A stretch of 64,000 nucleotides of DNA from Scenedesmus sp. PABB004 (Eukaryota): the NCBI GenBank assembly GCA_014905635.1, contig JABVCE010000013.1, positions 248,001-312,000 on the forward strand. Reading direction: 5' to 3'. Shown one piece after another: positions 11,751 through 22,454 of this stretch. The notes beneath the pieces are model-generated. The model made no database searches. It had not been told where the DNA came from and was given only the letters and a program-made list of their open reading frames with translations. The first letter of the stretch is position 1. The number at the start of each line of letters is the position of its first letter. The position numbers were made by a program, and so were the translations under genes.

Positions 11751-13799
11751 TTACTCTAGCGCGCCGCCGGCGCCCATGCGCTCGAGCGCGGCGCGCACGG
11801 CGGCGAGCTGCTCGTCGCTGTAGCCGGCGCGGCCCGCCGCGACCGCGGCAGCGACGTCGGCGCACAGCGCGTCGTCGGCGACGCACATGCCGGCGACCGC
11901 CTCGACCAGCGCCACCACGTCTGCCGGCTCAAACTCGCCGCAGCGCCGCGCCGCCTCCTTGGCGATCATCCACAGGCCGTAGGGGTCGTCGTACCTGCGG
12001 CGAGCGGGCGCGGCAGGGAGGCGGGGGCGGGGTGCGCCTCAGCGCGGCGGGGCGCCGCCGCCGCGGGCCGGGGCCCCCGGGGGGCCACGCGCGGCGCCCG
12101 CCCCGGCGGCCCCGTTCCCCGTCCCCGCCGCGCCGCGCCCCGCGCGCCTGTGCGTGCCGAGCAGGCACACCGCCTCGGCGAGCGCGCGCGGCGGCAGCGC
12201 GTCGGAGCAGCGGATGAGGCCCTCGGCGAGCGCCTTGAACCCGCGCTCCATGGTCAGCGCGCCCGCGGCGCCCTGCCCCGGCGCGCCGAGGTGCTCCACG
12301 AGCAGGCGCAGCACGCCGTGCACCTCGGCGGGGCCCAGCGACGCCGACACGCCCGCGACCGCCTGCGCCATCGCCGCGGCGAGCAGCGGGCTCTGCACCT
12401 CGCGGCTGTAGCACGCCTTGGCGAGCGCCGCGAGGCTGCCGGGCGAGCTCGACGCGCACAGCGTGTCGGCGAGCGCGGCCACGGCCGCCGCGCTCGACGC
12501 CGCGGCCGCGGCGGCCGCGCCGCCGGGCGCCCAGCGAGCCGCGGGCGGCGGCACGGCCGCAGCGGCGCCGGCCTCGAGGCGGCGCACGTGGACTTCGAGT
12601 GCGTTGCGCGCCATGGCCACCAGCGCCGTGTTGTCGGGCTGCGCCTGCAGCTGCTCCAGCAGCACCGTCACCGCGTCGGCGGCCGCCGCGGCCGCGCTCA
12701 GCGGCGGCTGCTGCGCGCCGCCCGGCGCCGTGCCGGCGCCGGCGGCCTGGCTGCTCGTCGCGCCGCGCCGCCGCCTGCTCACGCCCCAGGGGGCGCCTGC
12801 GGCGGGCTCGCCGCCGCCCCCGCCCGGCAGCTGCGCGCCTGCCGCCGCCGGCGCCGCCGCCGCCGGCGCCGCATCCGAGGCCGGCGACTCCTCCGCCGGC
12901 TCGGGCTGCGCCGCGGCCACCGCGGCCGCGGCCGCGGCGGGCGCGCGCGCCGCCGCCACCGCCGCGCCGGCCGCCTGCAGCGCGGCCGCGGCCGCGGCCG
13001 TGGCCGCCGCCGCCGCGGCGCGGCCCGCGTCGGAGGATTGCCAGTCGAGCAGGCGCGCCACGAGGTCGTCCTTGAGCCCGTCGTGCGGCAGCTTGTGCTG
13101 CCAGCACTGCTCCGCGAGCCAGGGCTTGTTGCGCCGCATGAGCTGGCTGCGCGTCATCACCGCCACGTCCTCGATTGCGGCGCGGCTCTCCTGCGCGCGC
13201 GGCGCGGCGTGAGAGCGGGCGGGCACGCGCCCGCGCCTGCCGCCCCGCCTCGCAGGCTTCATTCAAGCCGCGCCCGACCGCCCGCGCACCGTCGTGCGCC
13301 GGAGGACCGCCCGGCTCTCGGTCGTGCCGCGCCGCCGCCGTCGCGCGCCGCCCTCTGCGCCCGCCCCAGCATCGTCGCCGCCGCCACCGGGCTCGCCGGC
13401 GGCGCTGGAGTGGCTGCGCCAGCCAGCGGGCGCGGCGGCCGGCAGCGAGCTGGTCGTGGTGCGCCGGCGCCGGCTGCCTGCCCCAGCGCCGAGGGCCGCC
13501 GCGGCGCTGGCTGCCGCCTCCTCGTCGTCGCCCTCTGAGCAGGGCGCGCTGCTGAAGCCCCGCGGCCGCGCGCCGGCGCCGCTGCTGCGCGCCGCCCAGC
13601 AGCAGGCGTCGCGAGCGCCCAGCGCGAGCGACCGCCACTGCTGCCGCTGCTGGTGGGCGTGCAGGCCGTCAGGCACTGCCGGCTGGGACTGGGCCTGCGT
13701 GCCGCCGCCGCCGTGCCGCGCCAGCGCCGACAGCTGCTGCAAGGCGCCGACCGCCACTGCGGCCGGCAGCGAGCCACACAGCCGCAGCGCCAGCAGCAT
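11751..13799 (-). CDS. Organelle-targeted protein with SAP/HeH-like domain and C-terminal 37-aa helical repeats (HPR/OPR/FASTK-like), 3 exons
   Basis: Presequence-like MLLALRLCGSL...RGFSS; MTRSQLMRRNKPWLAEQCWQHKLPHDGLKDDLVARLLDW; repeats begin SSPGSL, LGPAEV, LPPRAL, FEPADV, YSDEQL; introns about 13289-13191 (GT) and from 12147 (GC). Confidence 0.65.
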
Positions 13800-14014
13800 C
13801 GCTCGACGTGTGCCACGCGCTGGCGCGCGGGCTGCTGGCGGCGGCGCGCCGCGGCGCAGCGGCGGTTGGCGTCGTGCGCACGCGGCGCGGGCGCGCAGCT
13901 GTGCGCGGTTGCTGCTGTTCGCTCAGGGGCGTGCTGGCATCAACCAGTTGCACGGTGGGGTCAACATCCTGCGGGGCGCCGCTGAACCGCCTCACTTGCT
14001 CGCGACGCGCCGGC

Positions 14015-15445
14015 TCACTTGCCGGCGAGGCCCGCCGCGCCGCCCGGCCAGGCGGGGCTGGCGTCGGGCGTCGCCCAGAGCCAGCCGCGCTCATCGTCGC
14101 CCCACGCGAGCTCGACGCTGCGCAGCTCGCAGTTGGCCCAATCAGTCGCGAACCGCCCGGCCAAGCTCGCGGCGTCGGCGCGCAGCGCGGCGGCCGCCGC
14201 GTCGTCCGAGGCGCCCGCGTCGCCGCCGTCGCGCTCGACGGCGCGCGCCAGCATGGCCTGCGACCACTTGGCGAGCATCTCCCTGCCCAGCGCGCGCATC
14301 GAGTGGACGAGGAAGCCGCAGTGGCTGACCACGGCGATGCAGCGCTCGGGGCGGGTCATGACCCAGCGCCAGAAGTTGACCGCGCGCTCCTCCGCCGCCG
14401 CCTCCGACTCGCCCACGGCGTAGCAGCCGCCGTCCTGGCGGCGCCCGGCGGCGCGGCGGCGGCGTGAGCGGCGGCGCCCGCGGCAGCCAGCTGCGGCGCG
14501 AGTCCCCCCGGCCGCGCCGGCGCACCTGCGCGGCGCCGGAGAGGCGCTCCCACTCGACGTCGCGGTCGTGGCGCAGCAGGGTGAAGTCGACGCCTGGGAA
14601 GTCGCGCGCCTGGAGGTGAATGTCGCGGAAGCGGTCGCACGCGTTGGGCCCTGCGCGGGCGGCGGCGGCGTGGGCGCGCGGAGGCGCGGGCGCGCGGCGC
14701 GGGCTCACGGCGCGGGCGCGGCGCGGGAGCGGGGCGAGGCCTCTGCGCGGCGCTCACCGATGCGCTCGCGGCAGCCCTCGTGCGCGAGCAGGCGCAGCGG
14801 CGCAGCGGCGCGCGACCCCGCGCCGCCCGGGCTGGCGCCGCCGCCAGCCGCGGCGGCCGCGGCGGCGGCCGGCAGGTAGATCAGCGCGCGGCGCGTGACC
14901 TCGAGCGGCTTGTGCGGCTGCGGGTGCATGAGCGTCCACGAGTCCAGCGCCGCCGCGTGCGCGGCGGCGGCGGCGCCCGCGGCCAGCGCGGGCGGCGCGC
15001 TCGCGCGGCCAAACACGCCGGCCGCGGTCTCGAGCGTGCGCCGCAGCGGCGAGACCACCACCAGCTGCGGCGGGGCGCGGGCGGGCGCGGGCGGGCGCGG
15101 GCTTCGCAGGCCGCACGGCGCGCGCTGGCGCCGGCGCGTCCGCGCAGGGCCCTCCCCCTGCCCCACCTCGACGCCCCCCAGGTCGGGCGGCAGCGCGGCC
15201 GCGAGCGCCCCGGTCTGGGCCCAGCCGCGCGGCGCGAGGTGCGCGTCGACGTTGTGGTCGTAGCCCAGGTTGTGCCAGCCCTCGCCGTGCCGGATCAGCA
15301 GCAGCGTCTTGCGCGCGCCCGCCGGCGGCAGCGACAGCTGCCGCGCCGCGGCGCCGGCGGCGCGCAGCGCGGCGGCGGGCCTGCCGACGCCGGCGCCGGG
15401 CGCGGCCGCCGCGGCGGCGGCGGCGGCGCCGTCTGGCCAGGTCAT
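14015..15445 (-). CDS. Histidine phosphatase superfamily, phosphoglycerate-mutase-like protein
   Basis: LLLIRHGEGWHN, VVVSPLRRTLETA, CRERIGPNACD, IAVVSHCGFL, WANCELRS. Confidence 0.88.
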
Positions 15446-16322
15446 GCGGCTGCGGAGCAGCGGCGAGTCGGCGAGGCGGGAAACGCGCGCGCCAACGCTG
15501 CTCCTCACGGCACGTGGCGCGGAGTTGCGAGCTGGGGAGCTGGGGGGGGAGCTCAGGGGAGAGTGGCGGCGCTGGCGGCGAGCGCAGCCACGGGACGGCG
15601 CCGCCGCGCGCCGCTGAAACTCAACCCCCGAGCGAGTCATCGCTGCCGATCAAGGACCAGGGGCGTGCAGGACGGCTGGGAGACGGGGACAGGGACTGGA
15701 AGGGGACTGGGAGGCTTGTGGCGCACGAATCATTGCGGCCGCGGCAATCGGGGCCGCGGCGCCAGTACGGCGCGCCGAGTTTGCTCTCGCAGCACTTTTT
15801 CTTACAGACGGCCACGGGAAAAGGGCCGCCTGTCGGACTTGAGCTGCACACGATGGTGGGCGGCGCGCAGCGCGTGCAGCGCGCACCGGCAGCGGCAGCG
15901 CGCAGCAGCAGCAGCAGCCGCCGGCGCGCGCGCGGCGCGCGCGCCGCGCGTTGCTTTGCTCTGCAAGGCGGCGCCGCGGAGGGCGTGCGCCACGGGAAAC
16001 CCTGGAGCCCTCTGGGCGCGGAGAGGGGCGCTCTGCGCAGCGCCTGCCCCCGCAGAGATGCTGCCGGCGGCCGCGTCGTCGGCGCTCGCGTGCGCATGGC
16101 CAGCGACGCACGCGACGACTCAGAGAGACTGGCGCGGGAGCTCGGCAGGGGATGGAGCCGACGACTGGCCGGCCGGCCCTGGCTGCTCGCCTGCCCGCGC
16201 CCCCCGCGCTGCTCTGCCGCTCAGCTCCGCTCAGCGCCACGCCGCGCAGGCGTGAGGCATGATCGCTGCCTCAGCGCCGCCGCCGCCGCCGCTGTGCGAG
16301 GGCGCTCCGCGTGCGGTCAAAC

Positions 16323-18137
16323 ATGGCGGTCCGCCGCCTGCGGCTCGCGCTCGCGCTCGCGTTCTGCGCCGCCGCTGCCGCTGCGCAGGCGCCCCCGGAG
16401 GGCGACGAGGCCCTCTCTGGCGACGCGCTGGCGGCGGTGGCGGCCGCGACCAACGCGTACGAGGGGGAGGAGCGCGGCGCGCGTTTCGGCCACGCCGCGG
16501 CGCTGCCGGCGCAGCAGCCGGCCGCCAAGGCGGCGGCGGTGAGCATCGACGACCTCACGCTCGGCATGCCGGCGCGCACCGCACCGGCGCCGGCCGGGGC
16601 AGCGCGGCGTGAGGCGGCGCCCGGCGCGGCGGCGGCGGGGCTGACGCCTCTGCCGTCGTCCGGCTCGGACGCGCCCGGCGCCTTCACGGGCGGCCCGACG
16701 GCGGCGCCGCAGCACGCGGCCTGGCAGGCCGACAGCCCCACCCACGCGCACGGTGCGCACGCCGCGGCGCGACGGGCCGCGGCCGCGCGCGCGGCGGCGC
16801 CGCGCCGCGCAATGCATGCTCCCGGCCCGTTGGGCCGACCGTGCCCGCGCACACCGCAGCCGCCGACGGCACGTTTGTGGCGAGCCGCGGCGCTCCCGGC
16901 GCGCTGGACCGCGCGGTGCTGGCCAGCCTGAACGAAGTCCTCGCGCTGCACCAGAGGTGCGCGCACGCGCAGCCGGCAGGCCCGCGGCCGGGCATGTCCA
17001 GCGTGCGCGCGCGCCCGCACGACGCGCCGCGCCCTGACGCGCGCCGCTCGCTGCCGCGCGCGGCAGCGCCGCGAGCGCGGCCGGCCGGCGGCGGCTGCTC
17101 AACACCTACGAGGGCGACACTGTGCCGGCAGAGGAGCTCGCCGACGCCGCGGCGGGGCGCGCCGCGGCGTCCGCCGCCGGCGGCTGGGAGCGCGGCTCGG
17201 CGCCGCAGCGGCGGCCGGCCGCTGAGCCGGGGCCCGCAGCGCTGGGCGCCGATGCGGCTGCCGACGAGGGCGCGGTTGACTATGGCGAGGACGACGCACC
17301 GAGCGGCGAGCCCGCCGCCGGCGCGAGGTTTGCAGAGACGGCCTTTGACCTGACGCCGGCGGCGGCAGCGGAGGCGGCGGCGCAGGTGGCAGAGCTGGCA
17401 GCGGCGCTTGCGGCGCGGCTGGCGCCCCGCGCGGCCGAGCAGGTGCGCAGGCGCGGCGCGCGCGGCGGGCGGGTGGGGGCCGCCTTCCTGCCCGGGCACC
17501 GCCGAGCCGCACCCGCTGGCGGGCGCGCAGGCGCTCGAGCCCGACGCCGGCGCGCTGCCGGGCAGCAATGTCGGCAGCGAGCCGCCCGCCGCCGCCGCGT
17601 CCGCCAAGCCGGGCGGGAACCGGAGGCTCATGGCTGCTGCCCTGGCGCCCGCCGCCGCCATCGCGCCGGCGGCCGAGGGCCTCACGCTGCTCGGCGGCGA
17701 GGGCGGGCGCGGCGACAGGCCCATGTGGGGCGTCACGTACAGCTGGCGCCGCGCGGAGGTGGGCGGCGCGGCGCGCGGACGCCGCCGTACGGCTGCTCAC
17801 CTCGTGCCGTGCCGGCGCCGCGCAGGGCTGCGACGGCGCTCGCTCGGTGTGCCGCTGCCCCCACCCGGACGAGCTGGAGGACGACCTGGCACACCTCCAC
17901 AGGCGAGTGGGGCGTGGCAGCGCGCGGGACGGTGCAGGCGGGCCCCGCTGGCAGCCAGCTGGCCTGACGGCGCCGCGCCGCGCCGCGCCGCAGGTACGCG
18001 CACCGCGTCCGCACGTTTGCGCTGGAGTGCCCCGAGCTGCTGGCCATGCTGGCGCACCACGTGACCGCCGACCCGCGCGCGTCGTGGCTGCTGGGGCTGT
18101 GGTTTGGCCGCAACGCGGCCGCCAACAAGGAGCAGGC

Positions 18138-18184
<47 letters not shown>

Positions 18185-19124
18185 GCCCCCGGGGCGGCCG
18201 ACCCTGGGGCGGGCGGCCGACCCGCAGCCCGCCCCCGCCGCCGCTGCGCAGGTCCGCGCGCTCAGCCGGCTGCTGCGCGAGCACCCCGGCGCCAGCATCG
18301 CCGGCATTGCCGTCGGCAGCGAGGCGGTCAGCCGCGGCGACGCGACGCCGGCCGAGCTCGCAGCGGCGGTCGGCGAGGTGCGCACCCTGGTGCGCGCCGC
18401 GGCCGCGGCGCCTGGCGGCGCGGCGCTCGCGCGCGTGCCCGTGCTGGCCGTGGAGGCGCCGGAGGCCTTCACGCCAGAGCTGGTCGCCGCGGTGGACGTG
18501 GTCGGCCTCGCGCTGGCGCCCTTCTACGCCGCGCCAGTCGACACCGCGCGCGAGGGGTGCGGCGGGGGCTGCCGGGCGCGCGCGCGGGGCCGCCCACCGT
18601 GCCGCGCGGCGCGGCGCGCCGCGGCTGACCGACCGCGCCCGACCGCCGGGCCGCAGCTGGGCCGACCGCGCCGCGGCGGCCGCGGTGCAGCAGGCGGCCG
18701 CGCTCGCGGCCGCGCACCCCGGGAAGCAGGTGCTTGTCGCCGAGGTCGGCTGGCCCAGCGCGAGCGGCGAGCTCGACACCAACCGCGGCGGCGCGGACGA
18801 GGCGGCCGCGTTTGCTCGCGCGTGGACGCAGGCGCGTGCGCGCGCCGCGGTGCCCGACGGGTCGCGAATGCCCGCGCGCGCGGCCGCCGCCCACGCCGCG
18901 CCCTGCTGCGCCGCACGCAGGCCGCCGAGGCGGCAGGCCTGCCTTATTACTATCACGAGCTCGCCGACGCGGGCTGGAAGGGTGCGCTGCGCACGGGCGC
19001 GGCCGCGGCCGCCGGCGCGGGCCGGCGGCAGCCGAGCGTGCTCGCGCTTGGCGTCCTCGCGGACGAGCACTTTGGCCTGGTCACCGCCGACCGGCGCGCC
19101 GACAAGGGCCTGCTGCCCGCCTGA
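16323..19124 (+). CDS. Secreted glycoside hydrolase family 17 (beta-1,3-glucanase/glucanosyltransferase) with long N-terminal pro-region, about 9 exons
   Basis: Signal peptide MAVRRLRLALALAFCAAAAAA; GVTYS, RVRTF, LLGLWF, GIAVGSE (acid/base), VLVAEVGWPS (nucleophile), DEHFGL. Confidence 0.85.
18139..18181. repeat. (CGC)n microsatellite in a GH17 intron
   Basis: About 14 perfect units directly after a GC donor. Confidence 0.9.
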
Positions 19125-19396
19125 GGCAGGGAGTTGCGCGCGGGCACGGCGTGCTGCGCGAGACGCGGGAGTCGGGCGGTCGAGAACCCCGGCGCCGAGG
19201 TGACCGCTGTGGGTTGCCATGCCCCAGACAGAGCGCCCCGCTTCACACGGACAGCGCCGCACGACGCACACGCGCGTGCCGCGCGGCAGCAGCAGCTGCG
19301 GCAGCAGCGCCAGCGGCCGCCTCGCGCGAGCTGCGGCGAGTCCCGCCGCTGCCACGAGCTCCTCGCGCCGGCCGCGCCGGTCGTGCCCTGGTCGCC

Positions 19397-22186
19397 ATGC
19401 GGTCGTCCCTGGTGGCGGCGGCCGCAGCCGCGGCGAGCAGCGCCGGCTCGTCGTCGCACGTTCCCGGCGCGCTCGCCAAGTTCAACGTGCGCGGCGGCGC
19501 GCACCAGACGCTGCGAGCCGGCATCCTCGACGTGGCGCGCCGGCGGGCCACGGCGGGCGGCGCAGCGGCGCTGCTGAGCACCGCGCCGCCACCCCCGCCG
19601 CGCCGCGCAGGACATCGTCGTCGCCAAGGGCCTGGGCAGCTGGGTGTGGGACACGGCGGGCAACAAGTACCTGGACATGACCTGCGGTGCGGCCGCGGCC
19701 GCGCGGCAGCACGCGCGGCAGCTGGCGACGCGGCAGCTGGTTAGGCCAGCAGGCGGTGCCGCTCCCCGCCCAGCACGGCGGCGCCGCCTCCGCATCCGCC
19801 GCTGCCGCCGCCGGTGCCGCCGCGCGCGCGCAGGCATCGGCGTGACCTCGACGGGGCACTGCCACCCCGCCGTCGTCGCGGCGGTGCGCGAGCAGGCGGG
19901 CACGATCGTGCACGCGCAGCAGAACATCTTCGCGGGCCACACCAAGCAGGCGCGGCGCCGCAGCCGCTGCAGCCGCTGCAGTCGCCGCCGCAGCCGCCGG
20001 CGCCGGCGCCGGCGCCGGCGCGCCGCCGGCGCGGCGCCGAGCGTGCGCTCGCCGCGCGGCGCAGGTCGAGCTGGACGGCCACCTGTCGCGCATCATGCCG
20101 CCGCGCCTGACCAAGTACTTTTACTGCAATAGCGGCAGCGAGGCGGTGGACAACGCGGTCAAGATCGCGCGCGCCGCGACGGGGCGGCAGGCCGTCATTG
20201 CCTTTGACGTGAGGCGCGCACGCGCGCCCGCCGCCCGCCGCTGCCCGCCGCCGGACCCGCCGGCCCGAGCGCCCGCGGCGGCGCTCTCCATCGCGGCCGC
20301 GCCCACGCCCGCGGCCGCGGCGCGCGGCGCGGCGGCGCAGGGCGGCTTCCACGGGCGCACGCTGGGCGCGATGGCGCTGACGAGCAGCAAGGTCGTCTAC
20401 CGCCAGCACTTTGGCCCGCTCATGCCCGGCGTGCACATCGCGCCCTACCCCTACTGCCTGCACTGCAAGGTGCAGGTCGAGAAGGTGCGGCGCGGCGGCG
20501 CGCGTGCGAGGGCGCGCCCGCGCGGCGCGGCGGCGGCGCGGGGCCGCTGACGCTGGCGCTGCCGCGCCGCCGCGCTCGCCCCCGCGCAGGGCCACAGCGG
20601 CTACCACGTCGCGCCGTACTGCCAGCCGTTTGACGACCCCGCCAACCGCGTGTGCTGCAACGCGCCGCTCGAGGTGCGCCGCCGCCGCCGCCGGCGCCGC
20701 CGCCGCCGGGGCGGGCGCGGCGCCGGCCCCACGCCGCCGACGCGGCCCGGCGCGGCGCGGCGCAGGCGCTGGAGTGGATGCTCGCGCAGCAGGTGCACCC
20801 CGGCGACGTCGCGGCACTGATCATCGAGCCGGTGCTCGGCGAGGGCGGCTTCCTCACTCCGCCGCCGGGCTTCCTGGCAGGCCTGCGCCGCCTCGCGGAC
20901 GCGCACGGCATGCTGCTCATCGCCGACGAGGTGCGACCTGCGCGCGCTGCGCGCGCTGTGCGCACGCGTGGACGTGCGCATTCACATGCGCACGCGCGGA
21001 GGCGTGCGCGCGCGCGCGTGGCGGGCAGGGCAGCCCACGCCGCCGGGCGCGCCCGACCCCGCGCCGCGCGCGCGCGCCGCGCGCGCGCGCAGGTCCAGTC
21101 GGGCGCGGGGCGCACGGGCACGTGGTGGGGGCACCAGCAGTTTGACGGCGCCGACCCGGACATGGTCATTTTTGCAAAGGGCATCGCCAGCGGCTACCCC
21201 ATGGCGGGTGAGCGGGAGCAGCGTGTGCGAAGGGAGGGCCCGCGCGGCGCCGCCGAGCCCCCGCGCCCGTGCCCACGCGGCGCCGAGCCACGTCACGCGC
21301 CGCGCAGGCGTCGCGACCAAGGAGCACCTCTTTGACAACATGCAGCCCGGCACGATGGGCGGGACGTACGGCGGCAACGCCGTCGCCTGCGCCGCCGCGG
21401 TCGCCACGATCGAGGCGCGCCGCGCGCCGCGCGCCCCGCGCGCCGCGCGCCGCGGCTGGCCGGGGCGGGGCGCGCAGTCCGCTGCACGCGCTGCGCGCAG
21501 CCCACGCCGTCCGTGCCGCCGCCGCCGCCGCCAGGCGATTGAGGGCGAGGGCATGCTGGGCAACGCGGCGGCGCGAGGCGTGCAGCTCATGCGGGGCCTC
21601 GTGGCGCTGGCCGACAAGTGCGGCGCTGGCGCGCGGGCGCCGCCGCCAGGGGGACTGTCCAGGGGGCTCGCTACGCGCGCCCGCGCAGCTGGCGGGGCCG
21701 GGGTGGGGTCGGGGTGTCTCGGGCGCGCCTCGGGCCCAGCGTTTGCTGTGCGTTTCCTTGGGGCGCCCGCACGACGCAGCCCCTGTCGCCGTGCGCGCGC
21801 CCCGCGCAGGTACCCCATCACCGACGTGCGCGGCCGGGGGCTCATGGTCGGCGCCGAGTTTGGCAGCGGCGCGTCTGGCGCGGCGCGGCTCAAGGCTGAG
21901 AAGGGCCTCGCCGGGGTGCGCGGCGCGCAGCGCTGCGCGTGCCGCGCTGCGCCGGCTGCACCGCGGCGAGGGGCGCGGCTGACGCCGCCGCGCCGCGCGC
22001 CGTGCCACACCGCGCCGGCCGCAGCGCATCACGGCGGCCGCGTTCAAGCGCAGCAAGCTGCTGCTCATGGCCGCCGGCGCGCGCGAGAGCATCCGCGTGC
22101 TGCCGCCGCTCAACGTGAGCGAGGCCGAGGTCGACGCCGCGCTGGGCGGCCTGGAGGACGCGTGCAAGGACGTCTTCGGGCGCTGA
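19397..22186 (+). CDS. Class-III PLP aminotransferase, 4-aminobutyrate aminotransferase (GabT-like), 12 exons
   Basis: KYLDMTCGIGVTSTGHCHP, NSGSEAVDNAVKIAR, GGFHGRT, IEPVLGEGG, LIADEVQSGAGRTG, FAKGIASGYP (PLP Lys), GGTYGGNAVACAAA. Confidence 0.9.
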
Positions 22187-22454
22187 GCTGCGTGCCGGGC
22201 GCCCGCGCCAGCCCGCGGGCCTGGGGCCGGGGCGCCGGCGCTGAAACGCCGTCATTTGAGCCGGCCGCGCCGGGATCGAGCGCCGCTCCCGCTGCAGGCA
22301 GAGGCCACAGCCGCCAGCTGCCACGCACGCGACCACGCACTCGACCAGCCGCCGCAGTCGGCCCGCCGGCAGCGGCCGCCGCTGCCGTGGCAGCAGCGCC
22401 GCAGACGCGCCGCCGCAGCAGCCCGTCCGCGCGCCCGCCAGTCGTTCGCAGCGC

